The notes under the pieces were generated by a model that saw only the letters and a program-made list of their open reading frames with translations, did no database searches and was not told the DNA's origin. From NCBI RefSeq assembly GCF_001447785.1, contig NW_015177010.1, positions 972,215 to 1,036,214 on the forward strand: DNA of 64,000 nucleotides, written 5' to 3'. Shown piece by piece: positions 1 to 12,400 of this stretch. The first letter of the stretch is position 1. Each line of letters opens with the position of its first letter. The DNA is from Gekko japonicus (Eukaryota). Position numbers and translations under genes: made by a program.

Positions 1-744
1 ACGCATGCTGAGCCCTCGGTAGCTTTCCGTTGGGTCCGCTTGGACGCTCCCGCCTTTACCGCGCAGACGTCGTCATCAGAGTCGCCGCTTGCGTCGCTGG
101 CCCTCTGTTGGTGGACGCGTTGATCAGCTGTGGCGACCCGTTGTCTCACTTCCCTGGTTGATCTGTCAGCAGCTTCCNNNNNNNNNNNNNNNNNNNNNNN
201 NNNNNNNNNNNNNNNNNNNNNNNNNNNNNNNNNNNNNNNNNNNNNNNNNNNNNNNNNNNNNNNNNNNNNNNNNNNNNNNNNNNNNNNNNNNNNNNNNNNN
301 NNNNNNNNNNNNNNNNNNNNNNNNNNNNNNNNNNNNNNNNNNNNNNNNNNNNNNNNNNNNNNNNNNNNNNNNNNNNNNNNNNNNNNNNNNNNNNNNNNNN
401 NNNNNNNNNNNNNNNNNNNNNNNNNNNNNNNNNNNNNNNNNNNNNNNNNNNNNNNNNNNNNNNNNNNNNNNNNNNNNNNNNNNNNNNNNNNNNNNNNNNN
501 NNNNNNNNNNNNNNNNNNNNNACGAGCTGAGTAGAGTCGCCCTCTTCTTCTCCTCCGTCGTGATATCATTCGCCTCCAGATGGAACTCAAACCTCGTGAG
601 GTAAGAGTCCCAGTCTTCAGTAGTCGGGTCGAAGCATTCGAACTTCTGGCTGCTCGCGGCCATCGTTATGCGCACAGGCGGAGCCACCAGAGCGGGTGGA
701 ACCTGTGGCTGGCCGGCCTCGGCGATCTCCTCGTTGTCCGACAT
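1..744 (-). CDS. Gypsy gag N-terminal part, interrupted by an N gap and running off the window
   Basis: FDPTTEDWDSYLTRFEFHLEANDITTEEKKRATLLS is a typical Gypsy (Mag-like) gag start just after the PBS. Beyond the gap an open frame continues (EAADRSTREVRQ...EGSAC), probably into the zinc knuckle. Confidence 0.8.
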
Positions 745-801
745 GGGGTCCGTTCAAGCGGGGCTGCCTACCCGCACTAGTATCCCACCCTCGTCGCCAA
801 T

Positions 802-1179
802 TGTTAAGTCGGGCGCTTAACAAGAGTCGGAGAGTGATTTCAGCAAGAATGCGGTTTATTCTTCAGCTTAGTTACAGTACAACGATCGCCAGCCAGAACC
901 CATCATCAGAACAGAACGAGACTAGACATACACTGGCTTGTCGGTATTTAAACACTCCCGGCTAGTGTAGCCACACACCCTGTACAAATAACAACCTATG
1001 AGGTTGAAGATATAAAGCCCAATCACAAGCGGTCCCGCTTTACAGCGTGATTGGTAGACACTCTCTGGGCTAGGACTCCTATTGGTTACATTAGGATCCT
1101 AGCCCAGGCTGAAGCTTAACATTGATTTTCAATCAGGCGATTCGCATGTCAGTATCTACATTCAAGTCAATACATAACA
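802..1179 (-). mobile_element. 5' LTR of a Ty3/Gypsy retrotransposon (378 bp)
   Basis: Minus strand runs TGTTA...TAACA with AATAAA (forward tttatt 855-860). It is followed 2 nt later by the PBS TGGCGACGAG (799-790). Confidence 0.85.
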
Positions 1180-1777
1180 CCGGAGCTGACAACCCTAAAT
1201 TTAAGACATCTGACCTCTTGAAGCTCCACTGGACTTCTAATGAATCCCCAGAAAACTGGATTACTATTGTGGAACAAAATTGCTGCTACTTCTCCCATGC
1301 CATTTATTTATAACACACAGAAAAGTCTATCATAGCAGTTCCACACATTTTCTTTCACAGCCATAAAAATCATGCCTCTGTTTTGTTCACACACCTCATC
1401 AGTCTAAAGTACTATTAATGTCTTTTGAAAGGAGGATTTATTAAATTTACTTTGAAGTGAGGGATTGTTGAATTCCAAACTCAAACCAGCACATTATTCT
1501 AGTTCTTCAAGCATTGTCACATAACATTCTGTTATTTATGAAATCGGTAATGTACAAGTGGCATTAAAAATGGACAGAAGCATGTTATCAGAAGTGAAAG
1601 AAATCTAGCAACACCCCCTCTCCTAAACACACACATTTTTATTTAGTGCTTGCTCTCAGATTAAACCAAAGTTGATCTTTTTTTGCTGCTACTGTTGTTT
1701 GTTCCACAGCTATTTTAATATGTGATTGTTTTAGACTGGTATTTTAAAAATTGTTTATATTGTTTTCATTAACTGCA

Positions 1778-2258
1778 ACATGATTGAGGTTTACAAGATT
1801 ATGCATGGGAAAGAACAGGTAGAGAAAGAGGTACTTTTCTCCCTTTCTCACAATATAAGAACTCGTGGGCACTCCATGAAATTGCTGAGCGGTCGGGTTA
1901 GAACCGATAAAAGGAAGTACTTCTTCACCCAAAGAGTGATTAACACATGGAATTCACCGCCACAGGAAGTGGTGGCGGCTACAAGCATGGACGGCTTCAA
2001 AAGGGAATTAGATAAGCATATGGAGCAGAGGTCCATCAGTGGCTATTAGCCACAAGGTATAGATAGGGGCTCTGGGGCAAGTGATGCTCTGTCTTCTTGG
2101 TGCTTGGGGGGGGGGGTCAACAGTGGGAGGGCTTCTAATGTCCTGGCCCCACTGGTGGACCTCCTGATGGCACCTGGTATTTTGGCCACTGTGTGACAGA
2201 GTGTTGGACTAGATGGGCCTTTGGCCTGATCCAGCATTGGCGTCTCTTATGTTCTTAT
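1778..2258 (+). mobile_element. CR1 LINE 3' fragment (ORF2 C-terminus + 3' UTR)
   Basis: MIEVYKIMHG...FFTQRVINTWN. Near-identical to 36977-37465 and ends in TTATGTTCTTAT. Confidence 0.92.
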
Positions 2259-2845
2259 TTTTGATGGAGATAAAGCCAATAGTTCCACATCCGTCTTGAA
2301 AATAATTATACTCAGCACAATGGACACACAGCTAGAAGGGACTCCCACCTATCTTGAGTGCATAAAAATTACAGAAACAATTGAGTTGTGGGAACTATGC
2401 ATCCATAATCTGAGATACCTCTGAGTTTAGCTGGCAATTGTTTATTTACTAGAACTACCTGGAAGATCCGGAGCAAAACTTGAATCGGTGCGATTAAATT
2501 AAAAAAAAAAAGACAATAATCCACTGAGTTTGTTTTTCAGGCCTAGCACCTCCTATGTGCTACATATACAAACAGCAACTGATTTACTTCCTGAAAGCAA
2601 AGCAGTCCATTTATTACTGAATCACAGTGCTCAGTAGTGCTATCCTGAAACATTCTGTTATATAATACTTCTGGCTGCTGAAAAATGTAGTAAGTCACAA
2701 CAGCAAGCCTAGCCACACACCAAGGCTCAGAAGCAGAAGTAGATTTTTCTTCGCCTCCCCAGTTAGGATGAATTCACATCGCCACCATTCTATATAATAA
2801 AACTAAATATATTTTTAAAACCCAGGTAAATCTATACCTCATTCC

Positions 2846-2846
<1 letters not shown>

Positions 2847-2912
<66 letters not shown>
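2847..2912. repeat. (TTTC)n microsatellite
   Basis: About 16 perfect TTTC units. Confidence 0.95.
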
Positions 2913-2920
2913 CCATATAA

Positions 2921-3165
2921 GCTAGTAAACTGGTGTGGTATAGTGGTTAAAAGTGTTGGACTAGTATCTGGAAGACGCAGGCTTTAATCCTCACTGATGG
3001 CATGGAAGCTCGCCGGGTGATCTTGGGCCTGTCACACACTCTCAGCCTAAACGACCTCACAGGGTTGTTGTTCACAGGGTTGTTGTTAGGATAAAATGGA
3101 AGAGACAAAAACAATGTTAAGCCTCTTTGGGTCCTCACTGGGGATAAATGAATTATCTAAATAAA
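2921..3165 (+). mobile_element. tRNA-derived SINE, MIR/L2-tail type, degenerate
   Basis: TGGTATAGTGGTTAA A-box-like head, GGGTGATCTTGGGCC...CTCTCAGCCT...CTCACAGGGTTGTTG core and a TAAA tail. Confidence 0.7.
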
Positions 3166-3435
3166 TATAAATATATAATTTGACAAAGAAATATTACTTT
3201 TATCAGGACGAGCATCATCTAGTTTAGAATATCCTTTGGCCTGATCACTGAATTATTCTTCCTCCTCCATAAGACCTTTTAAATATTTTAGATCACCCTA
3301 TGTGGAAATTCTTACCACCAATAGCTATCTGCTTTCTTTATTGGGGGAGAGAGCACCTTCCTGACCCTGCACAATTCTGGCTGCTGCTCTAGCCCTCAGA
3401 GACCTGTCAAAGCTTCCCCTTCTTTATGTCTTTTA

Positions 3436-3974
3436 CTAGGGAGCAAATCCCATTGTGGACGAAGACAATGGGCCCTAGAAAGGTAGGGTGTGTGGGTGGT
3501 AGATAGATAGGTAGATGGATACATAGAGGGGCTTGGAGAAAGAGAGGAAGTAAGGACGGAAGGACGGAAGGACGGAANNNNNNNNNNNNNNNNNNNNNNN
3601 NNNNNNNNNNNNNNNNNNNNNNNNNNNNNNNNNNNNNNNNNNNNNNNNNNNNNNNNNNNNCGCGGCGAGCGGTGATGAGCTGCCACCGGGGGGGGGGAGT
3701 CGGGCGGCGACAAGCAGCTTTTCCGCGGCGGCGCTCTCCAAGTGCTCCCCGGTCCCACTCACCCACCAGGTGGTTGTCAGCAGTAGTCTGACGTCTGAGG
3801 GGACCGGCTGCAGAGGCAGGGCTACAGCCTTTGTGTTCTGAGGTGGGACTTAGGCGACACGGCCAATGGAAGCTGGGGAACCTTCTGACGGACAGCTCGA
3901 CCCTCCAAACACTGTTGGTGCGCATTTTCTCTCCGCTGCGTGACGCAGCGTCTTAATTATATATAAGGGAGAGA
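3436..3974 (-). mobile_element. Non-autonomous Helitron
   Basis: Minus strand reads A|TC-TCTCCCTTATATATAA ... hairpin CCCATTGT-n8-ACAATGGG (3449-3472) ... CTAG|T. Inserted between A and T with no TSD. CpG-rich interior that contains an N gap. Confidence 0.72.
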
Positions 3975-4250
3975 TAGAATTGCTTATGACCATATATGGT
4001 GCGGTCTTAGTTTTGCTGTTGTTGTAGTAGTTGTTTTAAATACCCACCACCACCATCCAAACTGTAGCCTGAGATACCGAGATGAGTACTAGCATATATT
4101 TCAGTGGAGATAACTGATTTATAAACTAATGCTTTTTGAACAGATTTCTTAAAAATCCAAATCTACAATAAATTTAAAAGGAAAGAGATACATATATAAA
4201 AGAAAGCAAAAGAGTAAGGAGAGGCTGTGCAAACCTACACACCAAGTCAC

Positions 4251-4457
4251 AGCCAGCGTGGTATAATGGTTAAGAGCTACAGACCCTAATCTGGAGAACC
4301 AGCTTTGATTCCCCACTCTCCACATGAAGACTATTGGGTGACCTTGGGCCAGCCACAGTTCTCTCAGAACTTTCTCAGCCCCACCTACCACACAAGGTGC
4401 CTGTTGTGGGGAGGAGAAAGGGATTGTAAGCCACTTTGAGACTCCTCCTTCTTCTTC
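4251..4457 (+). mobile_element. Squamate tRNA-derived SINE (Squam3-like/MIR-like)
   Basis: GCCAGCGTGGTATAATGGTTAAGAGC...TTTGATTCCCC box A/B head. Homologous to 23369, 26267, 28928 and 51671. Confidence 0.8.
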
Positions 4458-5470
4458 ACAGCTTGGTACTAAAGAAACAGAAGGAGAACTGAAATGTGAT
4501 TTGCAGAGACCTAAGATAGCAGCCCTCTCTCTCTCTATCACAACCACTTTGGTAAACAAGATTATGAATGCTACAATTGTCTGTATTTATCAGTTAAAGC
4601 CGCTGTTTTCTAGTCCCCAGGCCAGCACTATTACATTGTCCCAGTTTGGGCCTTTTGAGGAGTTACTAGGTTTCTTGGTCTTTAGATCTTTTAACTTAAA
4701 TCTACAGAAGGTAAAGCTCAAAAATGGGAGAGGGAGAATTATCTTGCCTCTAGTGCATATACATGCAAAGGAACACTGACATTACGGTACCACATACTGT
4801 ACAACCCACCATTTCACACCTTACATTGGTAAGGCTCATTTTGAATGGTTGATAACAAGAGTGTAAGATAATCATGGAACAAAAAAGGACTAAGCAGCTT
4901 CTTAGTTTTTAGCTTAAGGCAAGTTGTTGCATACTAAATGAATACTGAATATAGCTGATGGATTACAGCCTACTGCAGTAGGATTTTCCACATAAATTGT
5001 ATGCCCAGGTTCAGATGTTATTGTGGGTTCCCTGGCTCCCCTCATGCTTTCATGCACTTCCCAAATTTCCCCCCAGCTTTACTGCATTCTTTCTGAAACC
5101 TGCTTTGCCATGATATTTTTGGAAAGGTTACTGCAAATCCAGATAGCTCCCTTGCAGATGGGAAGTCCAGCTCTACCTGGTCCCATCAGCAGTGATATCA
5201 TTTCCCTTTCCTAATCTCCCACTGCCCCCATTCTTCCCCCCCCCCCTTACAGTTGCCATGAAGCTGGCAATTGGTAGGAGACTCACTGTTGGGGCGGGGC
5301 CTTGCCAGCAATGTAATAACACCACCAGCAACACACTGATGTCGTTTCCAGCATGAACAAAAGTGACATCATCACATTGCCAGCGAGGCTTTAGCATTCA
5401 GCCCAAACTCAATGGTTTAACCATAGAATTTTTGTTTGAATGCTAGAGTGTTGCCAGCAATGTGTTAACA

Positions 5471-5856
5471 TAGAGTTGCCAGGTCTTACCTGGTTGCCAG
5501 CGGGGTTGCTCCTACCCAGTCCCAGGAGCTTCTGGCACACACGCAAAGCACACACACTGTAATGATGTCACCCAGAAGTGACATCATCGCACTGGGCATG
5601 TTGCACAGGGGGGGTGCTCTAGCACTTGGGGGAAAACTTGATGGTCACCATAAAGTTTTAACCCAAATGTCAGTGTGTCTCCCATGCAACGTGCCCGGCG
5701 TGATGACCAACTCTGCATGCTGTCATCGCACCAGGTATGTTGGGTGCAATAAGGGTCTTCAGAGGTGGGGTTCACCACCAGCCAGCTGGCCATTAGTGCG
5801 TTGAGACCCCCAAAAGCAGGGAAACCCCCACCCCCATCAGGGGGACGGCAACCCTA
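5471..5856. mobile_element. hAT-type MITE (TIR TAGGGTTGCCA family) nested in an older relative spanning about 5250-5998
   Basis: Ends TAGAGTTGCCA / GGCAACCCTA. 8-bp TSD TGTTAACA (5463-5470) versus TTTTAACA (5857-5864). Confidence 0.72.
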
Positions 5857-7867
5857 TTTTAACACTTTCTGCACAGAAAGTGACATCAGCACATTGGGAT
5901 TCTGGTGATTGCCCCTATTTCCCTCTCATTTTTCTTCCACCACCCAGCTGAGCAGTAGCAAGAAGGGCCCACTGGGGGCAGGATATCTTGGCAACCTCCC
6001 CCCCCCCCGTACCACTGGGGAGGTTAATCAGTAAAACTTTAAATCAATTTAACATTGTATCAAGATGACAATTACTGATTTTAAAAATTCTGAAAAGCCT
6101 CCCAGTAGCATGGGAGAGTAATGACCACACAAAGCCTGGGACAGACAAAATAACATGTTCAAGCCGTGCTGCAGCTGCACTAAATCAGCAGAGGCAAAAT
6201 CACTGCCCTGCAGAAGACAGCACCATGTAACGAGGAACTGGTGTGGCAGAGAATATCACACCCCCACTTTCTTCTGTGAAATGCTGGAGGTTATAAGAAG
6301 AAATCCTGAGATAAAGGAAGAAATAAGGCCACATGAAGAACCATAGTGGAAGGAGAGACAGAGGTCGTGGAAACACTATTCAGACATGGGAAGAAATGGA
6401 GGCAGCAGGGAATATAGTTCAATACCATGTAGCATTTTTCGATCCGATTCTTATGTTCGGGGAATCTGATAGTAGAATGATAAATTCCTTTCTTGTGAAA
6501 GACTACCAATAAATTCATTAAAGGTCCTGAACTGTTTTTCCTCATGGTAATTGCTTTTGAAACATTCCAAAGAGTCATTCCTTCATAGTTCCCCCTCAGA
6601 GACCTTGTACCTAAATAGTGCCCTTATTAAGAGAAAGTGATTTTTATAAATACCCATTGTTCCTAGGAAGAAATTCTCTGAAACCTTATGTTCTAACACA
6701 AAAGGAAAAGCCATAACTAATAGAAGACATTTCTAAATCCTCGTTATTCGCTGACAATTTTCATGGGCTGAGACCGTTTCACAGATTCTGCTGTAAATTG
6801 ACATCACTTGGGTATTTCACTGGCTCAGGGTCATTTGCCCTGGTGAAGAGTGATGTGCGCAGATGTTGAGACAACAAGTAAATCAATAGTTAAATAGGTC
6901 ATGAGACTGGAGACTCCATCAACAAAACTTAGACTTCTCCTGGGGTTAAAAAACAAAACAAAAAAACAGAACAAAACTCTTAACTGGCCTATACAGTTTA
7001 CCTCAGTTGGGAGATCCACTAATTGAAAAAGAGTACATTTTTAGCTGCCATTTGGCAGACATTTATAATATGTCCTCATATGGACAGAGTAACCTGATAT
7101 TCTTTCAGAAGTGCTTTAATAAAGCAGCTTTGCAAGAGACGGAGAGAAGTGCAGAACTAGCAACAGCTTACTAAACTGTGTGCACGGCGAAAACCCTCTC
7201 CCTGAAGTTGCCCATTCACACATCAGTTAAACAATTCCGATCATGGTCGGCTGGGACCTGAAGCAGAGGTTGTTGCCAGGTCTTAGGCTTGGCCCTGAGG
7301 CTTTGGTGCCCACTCTCAGGGCCCTCCTCCAGCCCATACGCTTGACAGCCTCTTCTGTGCATGCCTCCTTGTGGTAAGTGCAGCACATGTAAATGGGAAA
7401 TGGAAGTCAATTATGTGGCACTAACAGCTCAACTAGATTTTGCATTTAGCACACAGTTCATTTTTTAGTATATGTCCATTTCCTCAAAGCCATATGACTG
7501 TGACAACAAAGATTCACAGATAAGATATGCTTCAAGTCCTAGTGGTCTGTGGAAATGCTAGGATGAAGCCTACCCCTAGTCCTACTGCTCCATTGAGCAA
7601 AGTTTGAAGCATTCCTCCAACTTAAGTGGCTCTTCCTCCAAAAGCCACTTGTTAAAGGAAGGCTCCCTAGGCTGGTTCTTCCCTTGGAGGATGGTGGGAT
7701 CCACCCCACTACCCTAAGTATAGCTGTTCAATAGGACATCACCAGGTCCCTCCTCATGGATATCATGATGTGTGTGCTGCTGATGAGCTGGTAACCCAAG
7801 AAGAAAGACCTATACATACAATATCTGTGTTGCCTTCAAAATTGTGTTATGACAGCAGCAAGCACAA

Positions 7868-8895
7868 TAGGGTTGCCAGGTCCCTCCTGGCAACCACAGC
7901 GAATATGCTTGCCAGTCCCCAGGTTGGGGCAGGGGTTCCCCCGATTTGGGGGCTTCTGCCCACCACTGGCCAGCTGGCCAGCAGGGAAAACCCCACCTCC
8001 AAACAGCCACATCCCCATGTGACTCCCCCAACATGATGCCGTCACTCAGAAGTGACATCATCATGCCAGGGATGTCACACAGAGATACTCTGGTTTGACA
8101 GCAAAACTCTATGGTTTTAAGCTGGTTTTATCATAGAGTTTTGCCTTAAAACCAGAGCATCCCCGCACAATGTCCCTAGCATGATGATGTCACTTCTGGG
8201 TGATGTCATCACATTAGAGATGCCCCAAAACACCCCCCCAAATTACCCCACTGGAGCAACAAGGGGACCTGGCAACCCTAGCAGGGGATGGGGAGGACTT
8301 ACCAGGAAAAAAGGCAAAGTCCCATACCACATTGCTGGAGTCACACAGAAAGTGACATCATCATGCCAGCAACTTCTGGGAGACACTCTGGGATTTGGGG
8401 GAAACTCTATGGCAAAATCAAGGAGCTGCGGTGGCTCAAGTGGTTAAGACGCTGAACTGCAGGCTGTGGAAGGTCAGTAGTTCAGAAGTTCAAGACCCGG
8501 GTGCCGCAAGACGGGGTGAGTGCCCGTCTCTAGTTCCAGCTCCTGCCAACCTAGCAGTTCGAAAGCAAGAAATTGCAAGTAGATAAATAGGTACCACTTC
8601 GGTGGGAAGGTAACAGCGTTCCGTGCGCCTTGGTGTTTAGTCATGCCGGCCACATGACCACGGAAACGTCTTCGGACAGCGCTGGCTCTTCGGCTTTGAA
8701 ACGGAGATGAGCACCGCAACCCTAGAGTCGGATTCGACTGGCTTTCGAGCAAGGGAACCTTTACCTTTACCCTATGGTAAAATCAGCTTTCTCTTTCTAC
8801 TGGTAAGTTCCCCCACCGACCAGCTGATCAGTGGCTGGGGAGCAGGGCCTGGCAGCGGGGGACCCCTACCTCCACCAGGGGGTATGACAACCCTA
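7868..8895. mobile_element. Composite hAT-type MITE containing a nested relative (about 7904-8280) and a Sauria SINE
   Basis: Ends TAGGGTTGCCA / TGACAACCCTA. Perfect 8-bp TSD AAGCACAA at 7860-7867 and 8896-8903. Confidence 0.82.
8421..8771 (+). mobile_element. Sauria SINE, full length
   Basis: tRNA-like head GGTGGCTCAAGTGGTTAA, body CTCCTGCCAACCTAGCAGTTCGAAAGCA and (ACCTTT)n tail. TSD CTATGGCAAAATCA / CTATGGTAAAATCA. Confidence 0.9.
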
Positions 8896-10477
8896 AAGCA
8901 CAACTCTCTTTAGGCCCATTATAAAATTACTCTACAGTGTGCAAACCATGTAGTGGAAGGTGCACACTCTGCAGCTGTTCTCACATTGTTCAGGTAATAA
9001 TTCCACGGAATGAGTCATGTTAAATTCTTGCACTAAAGTACAAGGGGTCTCATAGCACCCTAAAGACAAACATTTCATTCTAGAATAAGCTGTCACGGTC
9101 TGCTTTTTCAGATTACACCAAATAGGCTCCAATCCATGAAAGCTTTTACTGGAATAAGAGTTTGTTAATGCCCAGGTAATATCAGAAAATACTTTGGTCT
9201 CCTTATGTTCTTAAAGGGTAGAAGAGGGGGCTACATGCACAGCTCTCACAGGCAAATTTTCATTCATAACCTTCACGAAAACTGGAAAAACAATCAGTAA
9301 TGGAGAAGGGAAAGAATGCCTCTTTGAAATTAATGAACCAATTTTCCTCCCATCGTGCAACTCAGATAAAATCAATGACATACTGCCTTGATGCAATATA
9401 TGAATGTGACCCAGATGTGTCTAGCTAATCCCAAATTGCCAGCCTTTCACTTCATCTGCCTTTAATGTATCCATTTTATTCAGACAAATATATATTATTT
9501 AGATGATCTGAACTTTAAAGACTAGGTATATGGCAAATACCATTTTCCCCAAAAAAATAAAGTATGATAAAACATCAAAATGTGCTGGAAGAACAGAAAT
9601 GATCTAGTGAAGGAAAATGCACACTATAGTCTCAGGCTCATCAGTTAAAATTCTTGAAATCCACAGAGATTTCAAGTCCGAAAGGAAAAAACCAAAGCCA
9701 GACAAAGGGGCATTAAGATAGTTCTGGAGAAGCTGAAAACTTGCACAATGTGTTGTGTTATTTTGGTTTGCCTTCATACAAGGTCTCACGTGGCTTTTGT
9801 TTCTGGATGAAACAGTTCTGTGCAGGACAAACCAATAGCTCTAGAAAAAAGAGTTTTTAAAAAGACAAATGCTGCAGATCAGTTTGCATATCAGAAACAA
9901 TAAAGAATACTAAGCAAAAGTTGCTATGAACACCACAATGACAGATATGGCTTTGTATGTGTAAAGAACTATCCAGATCATGCAAACTGAAGAACAGGGA
10001 GATGACAATTACAGATTCAACAGACAAAAAAGTATGTAATTTTATCAAAGTTCTCATAATTGCTACAGTATTAAAGAAGTATGCACAAGAGGATTTTTTC
10101 CTACAGATTGTGCAATAAAGGGACTGATAGTATGTGGAATTAAATTCTGTTCTCACATTTTATCCCAATGGAGGTCTGAAGTTACTTTATTTGGTTTAAC
10201 ATTATATTTATATCTATCCATCTATCAGCACAGCTGAAAGCAACAGCTAAGCCTGCAAGCTTTGGTTTTAAGTTTGACAGTAAGTATGTTGTGTTGTAAA
10301 TGAATAACACCAATAGTGAAAATGAATTAAAAACAACATTAAAAATCTCAGGGGCACAAAACTGTGAGTCTTAACAGTGTTATCCTATGCAGAGTTACAC
10401 TCTTCTAAGCGTAATGGTTTCAGTGGCCTTAAAAGGTATAACTCATAAGTTTCTCTACATGGATGTGACTTAGGAGA

Positions 10478-10850
10478 CAGTCTTGGCCGTCTTCAGGTCA
10501 CCTGCCTGGTAGAACGAGCTCCCGTGTGAGATCAGGGCCCTGCAGGACTTGTTGCAGTTCCGCAGGGCCTGCAAGACAGAGCTCTTCCACTGGGCATTTG
10601 GTTGAGGCAGCAGACATCCTCCCCACCCCCCAGCTTCTTTGGCCCTAACTTTTTCTGTCCAGCTTTCCTGGCCAATTGTCCACCAGTGGCCTGATTCTGA
10701 CTAGTCATCTGACAACTTTTATAGTTACACAGTATTTTACGATTTTATGTGTAAACTGTTATTTTAATACTGCTTTAATTGTATATTTAACTGTTGTACA
10801 CCGCCCTGAGCCCATTGGGGAGGGCAGTATATAAATCTAATAAAATAAAG
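10478..10850 (+). mobile_element. L2 LINE 3' end fragment
   Basis: CCTGGTAGAACGAGCTCCC...GAGATCAGGGCCCTG, homologous to 13790-13890, ending CCGCCCTGAGCC...ATAAATCTAATAAAATAAA. Confidence 0.7.
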
Positions 10851-11337
10851 TATTCTGAAAAGTGAAACCTGGAAACAGAAAGGATAGATTATTAGATTTG
10901 GACCTGAGAGGTTTGGGGGTGGGGCATGGGAGGCACAATGTTGCATGTGCCACCACATCACTTCCAGGGGAAACCCAGAAACCCAATAGCTCCAGGAATT
11001 GATGGAAACTCTCTAGTAAAATCCTAGCATTCCCAGTGATTCCTAGAGCTATATTCTCTCACTTCCTGGTTTTCCCTGGAACTGAAGTAACAGCACACTC
11101 CACACCCAAGGAATTCCCCACCCCAACCAGGAGACTGGCATACCAATTGAGGCATGAAGCTCATTGGGTGACTCTGGGTATAACCATCAAACCTAACCAG
11201 GTTGTATGAAGATAAAATGGGTCAGGCCATGTACATCACCATATGCTCCTTGGAGGAAAGGAGGGGAATACAAATCAAATAAATATGTCTTTTTCAAAGC
11301 ATATTGGGGGCTCTTTTCAGCCATTTGGGCATATTAG

Positions 11338-11879
11338 TGTCATGATCTGGGCTGTGCCACCAGAGGCCTACTAGGCCCAGGGAGCCTGGCTAGCAGTGGG
11401 AGGAGGCTGGGCCTACAAATCCCAGAAGGCCTTGGGAAGTTTTGGCACCGATGTTGACCAATAGGGAATAAGAGGGCTGGGGAATAAGAGAACTGGTACA
11501 ACAGGAAAAGCTGTTCTTCTTCCCAGGGGACAGAGCCAGAAGGGACTGAGGCTGCTGTGGGGAAAAGACCCTCATCCTGAGAGAAGGGTGAGTAGTCTAA
11601 GACCACTTGAGATAGTGAGCTAGGGACAGTATATATTAAGACACGTTAGGGAACTTGATTTCTTTTCTTTTCACCCTCTTACTGTTACTATTCTGCACCT
11701 TGTTTGTTTGACCTCCTAGAAAATAAACTATTTTCATTGTTCACTCTGCCTGGTCCTCACGCCTATTATTCAGCCAAAAGGGAGGTCTAAAGGCTTGGGA
11801 GGGTGCTCTGGGCCTTCTCAGAGGAGCCTGGAACCAGAGTGGTGGCAGTATCAGGTGACACCCCACCTGAGCTGTGACA
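11338..11879 (+). mobile_element. Solo LTR (542 bp), Gypsy/ERV-like
   Basis: TGTCA...TGACA termini, perfect 5-bp TSD ATTAG (11333-11337 and 11880-11884) and internal AATAAA near 11722. Confidence 0.82.
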
Positions 11880-12239
11880 ATTAGTATGTCATTTTAAGAG
11901 AACTGTACTGTGTTTGCAAAAATTCACTGGCAAGCCTATATTGAACTGAGTAATACTAGGAAACTCTGCCATGGAAGCTTGCTGAATGACCTTGGTCCAG
12001 TCACACATCTGCCTCACAGGATTGTTGTGAAGAGAACATGAGAACAATGTAAGGCACTTTGGGTCCCCATTGGCAACTGAAATTAAAAAAAATATGTCCC
12101 CACTCTCATATCTCCACCCAATCTTGTGCTAGTGCTTATCCCTCAAGTGTTTAAATTTACTGGGTTATGCTTTGTTTGCAATATAGAGCAACATCACTGA
12201 AAACATCTCTCACTCTTTCTCTCAGTTCCACCAGATTTT

Positions 12240-12400
12240 GGGCATTGACCTCTTTTAATACCAACCATTCCAGTGCCCCGATCTTGGCTCTGAGGTTCCT
12301 GGCCTCAGAAAGTAAAGTCCTACAATATGTTTCCCTTGTCCAAATGTCCTTTTTGCACACAATTTTTTCCTCTGCCTCTTCGCTCTTCTTTGAAAGTTTG
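12240..12400 (-). mobile_element. Degenerate CR1 ORF2 5' (endonuclease start) fragment
   Basis: Translation ...EARNLRAKIGALEWLVLKE resembles the CR1 ORF2 start NARSLxxKMGELECLV. Confidence 0.5.

Noticed and set aside
89-604. Plus-strand ORFs spanning the N run (similarly 3396-3925)
   Set aside because: Their length is an artefact of assembly gaps.
8474-8752. Near-identical 92-aa ORFs at 8474 and 29391
   Set aside because: Antisense frames of two Sauria SINE copies, not a gene family.
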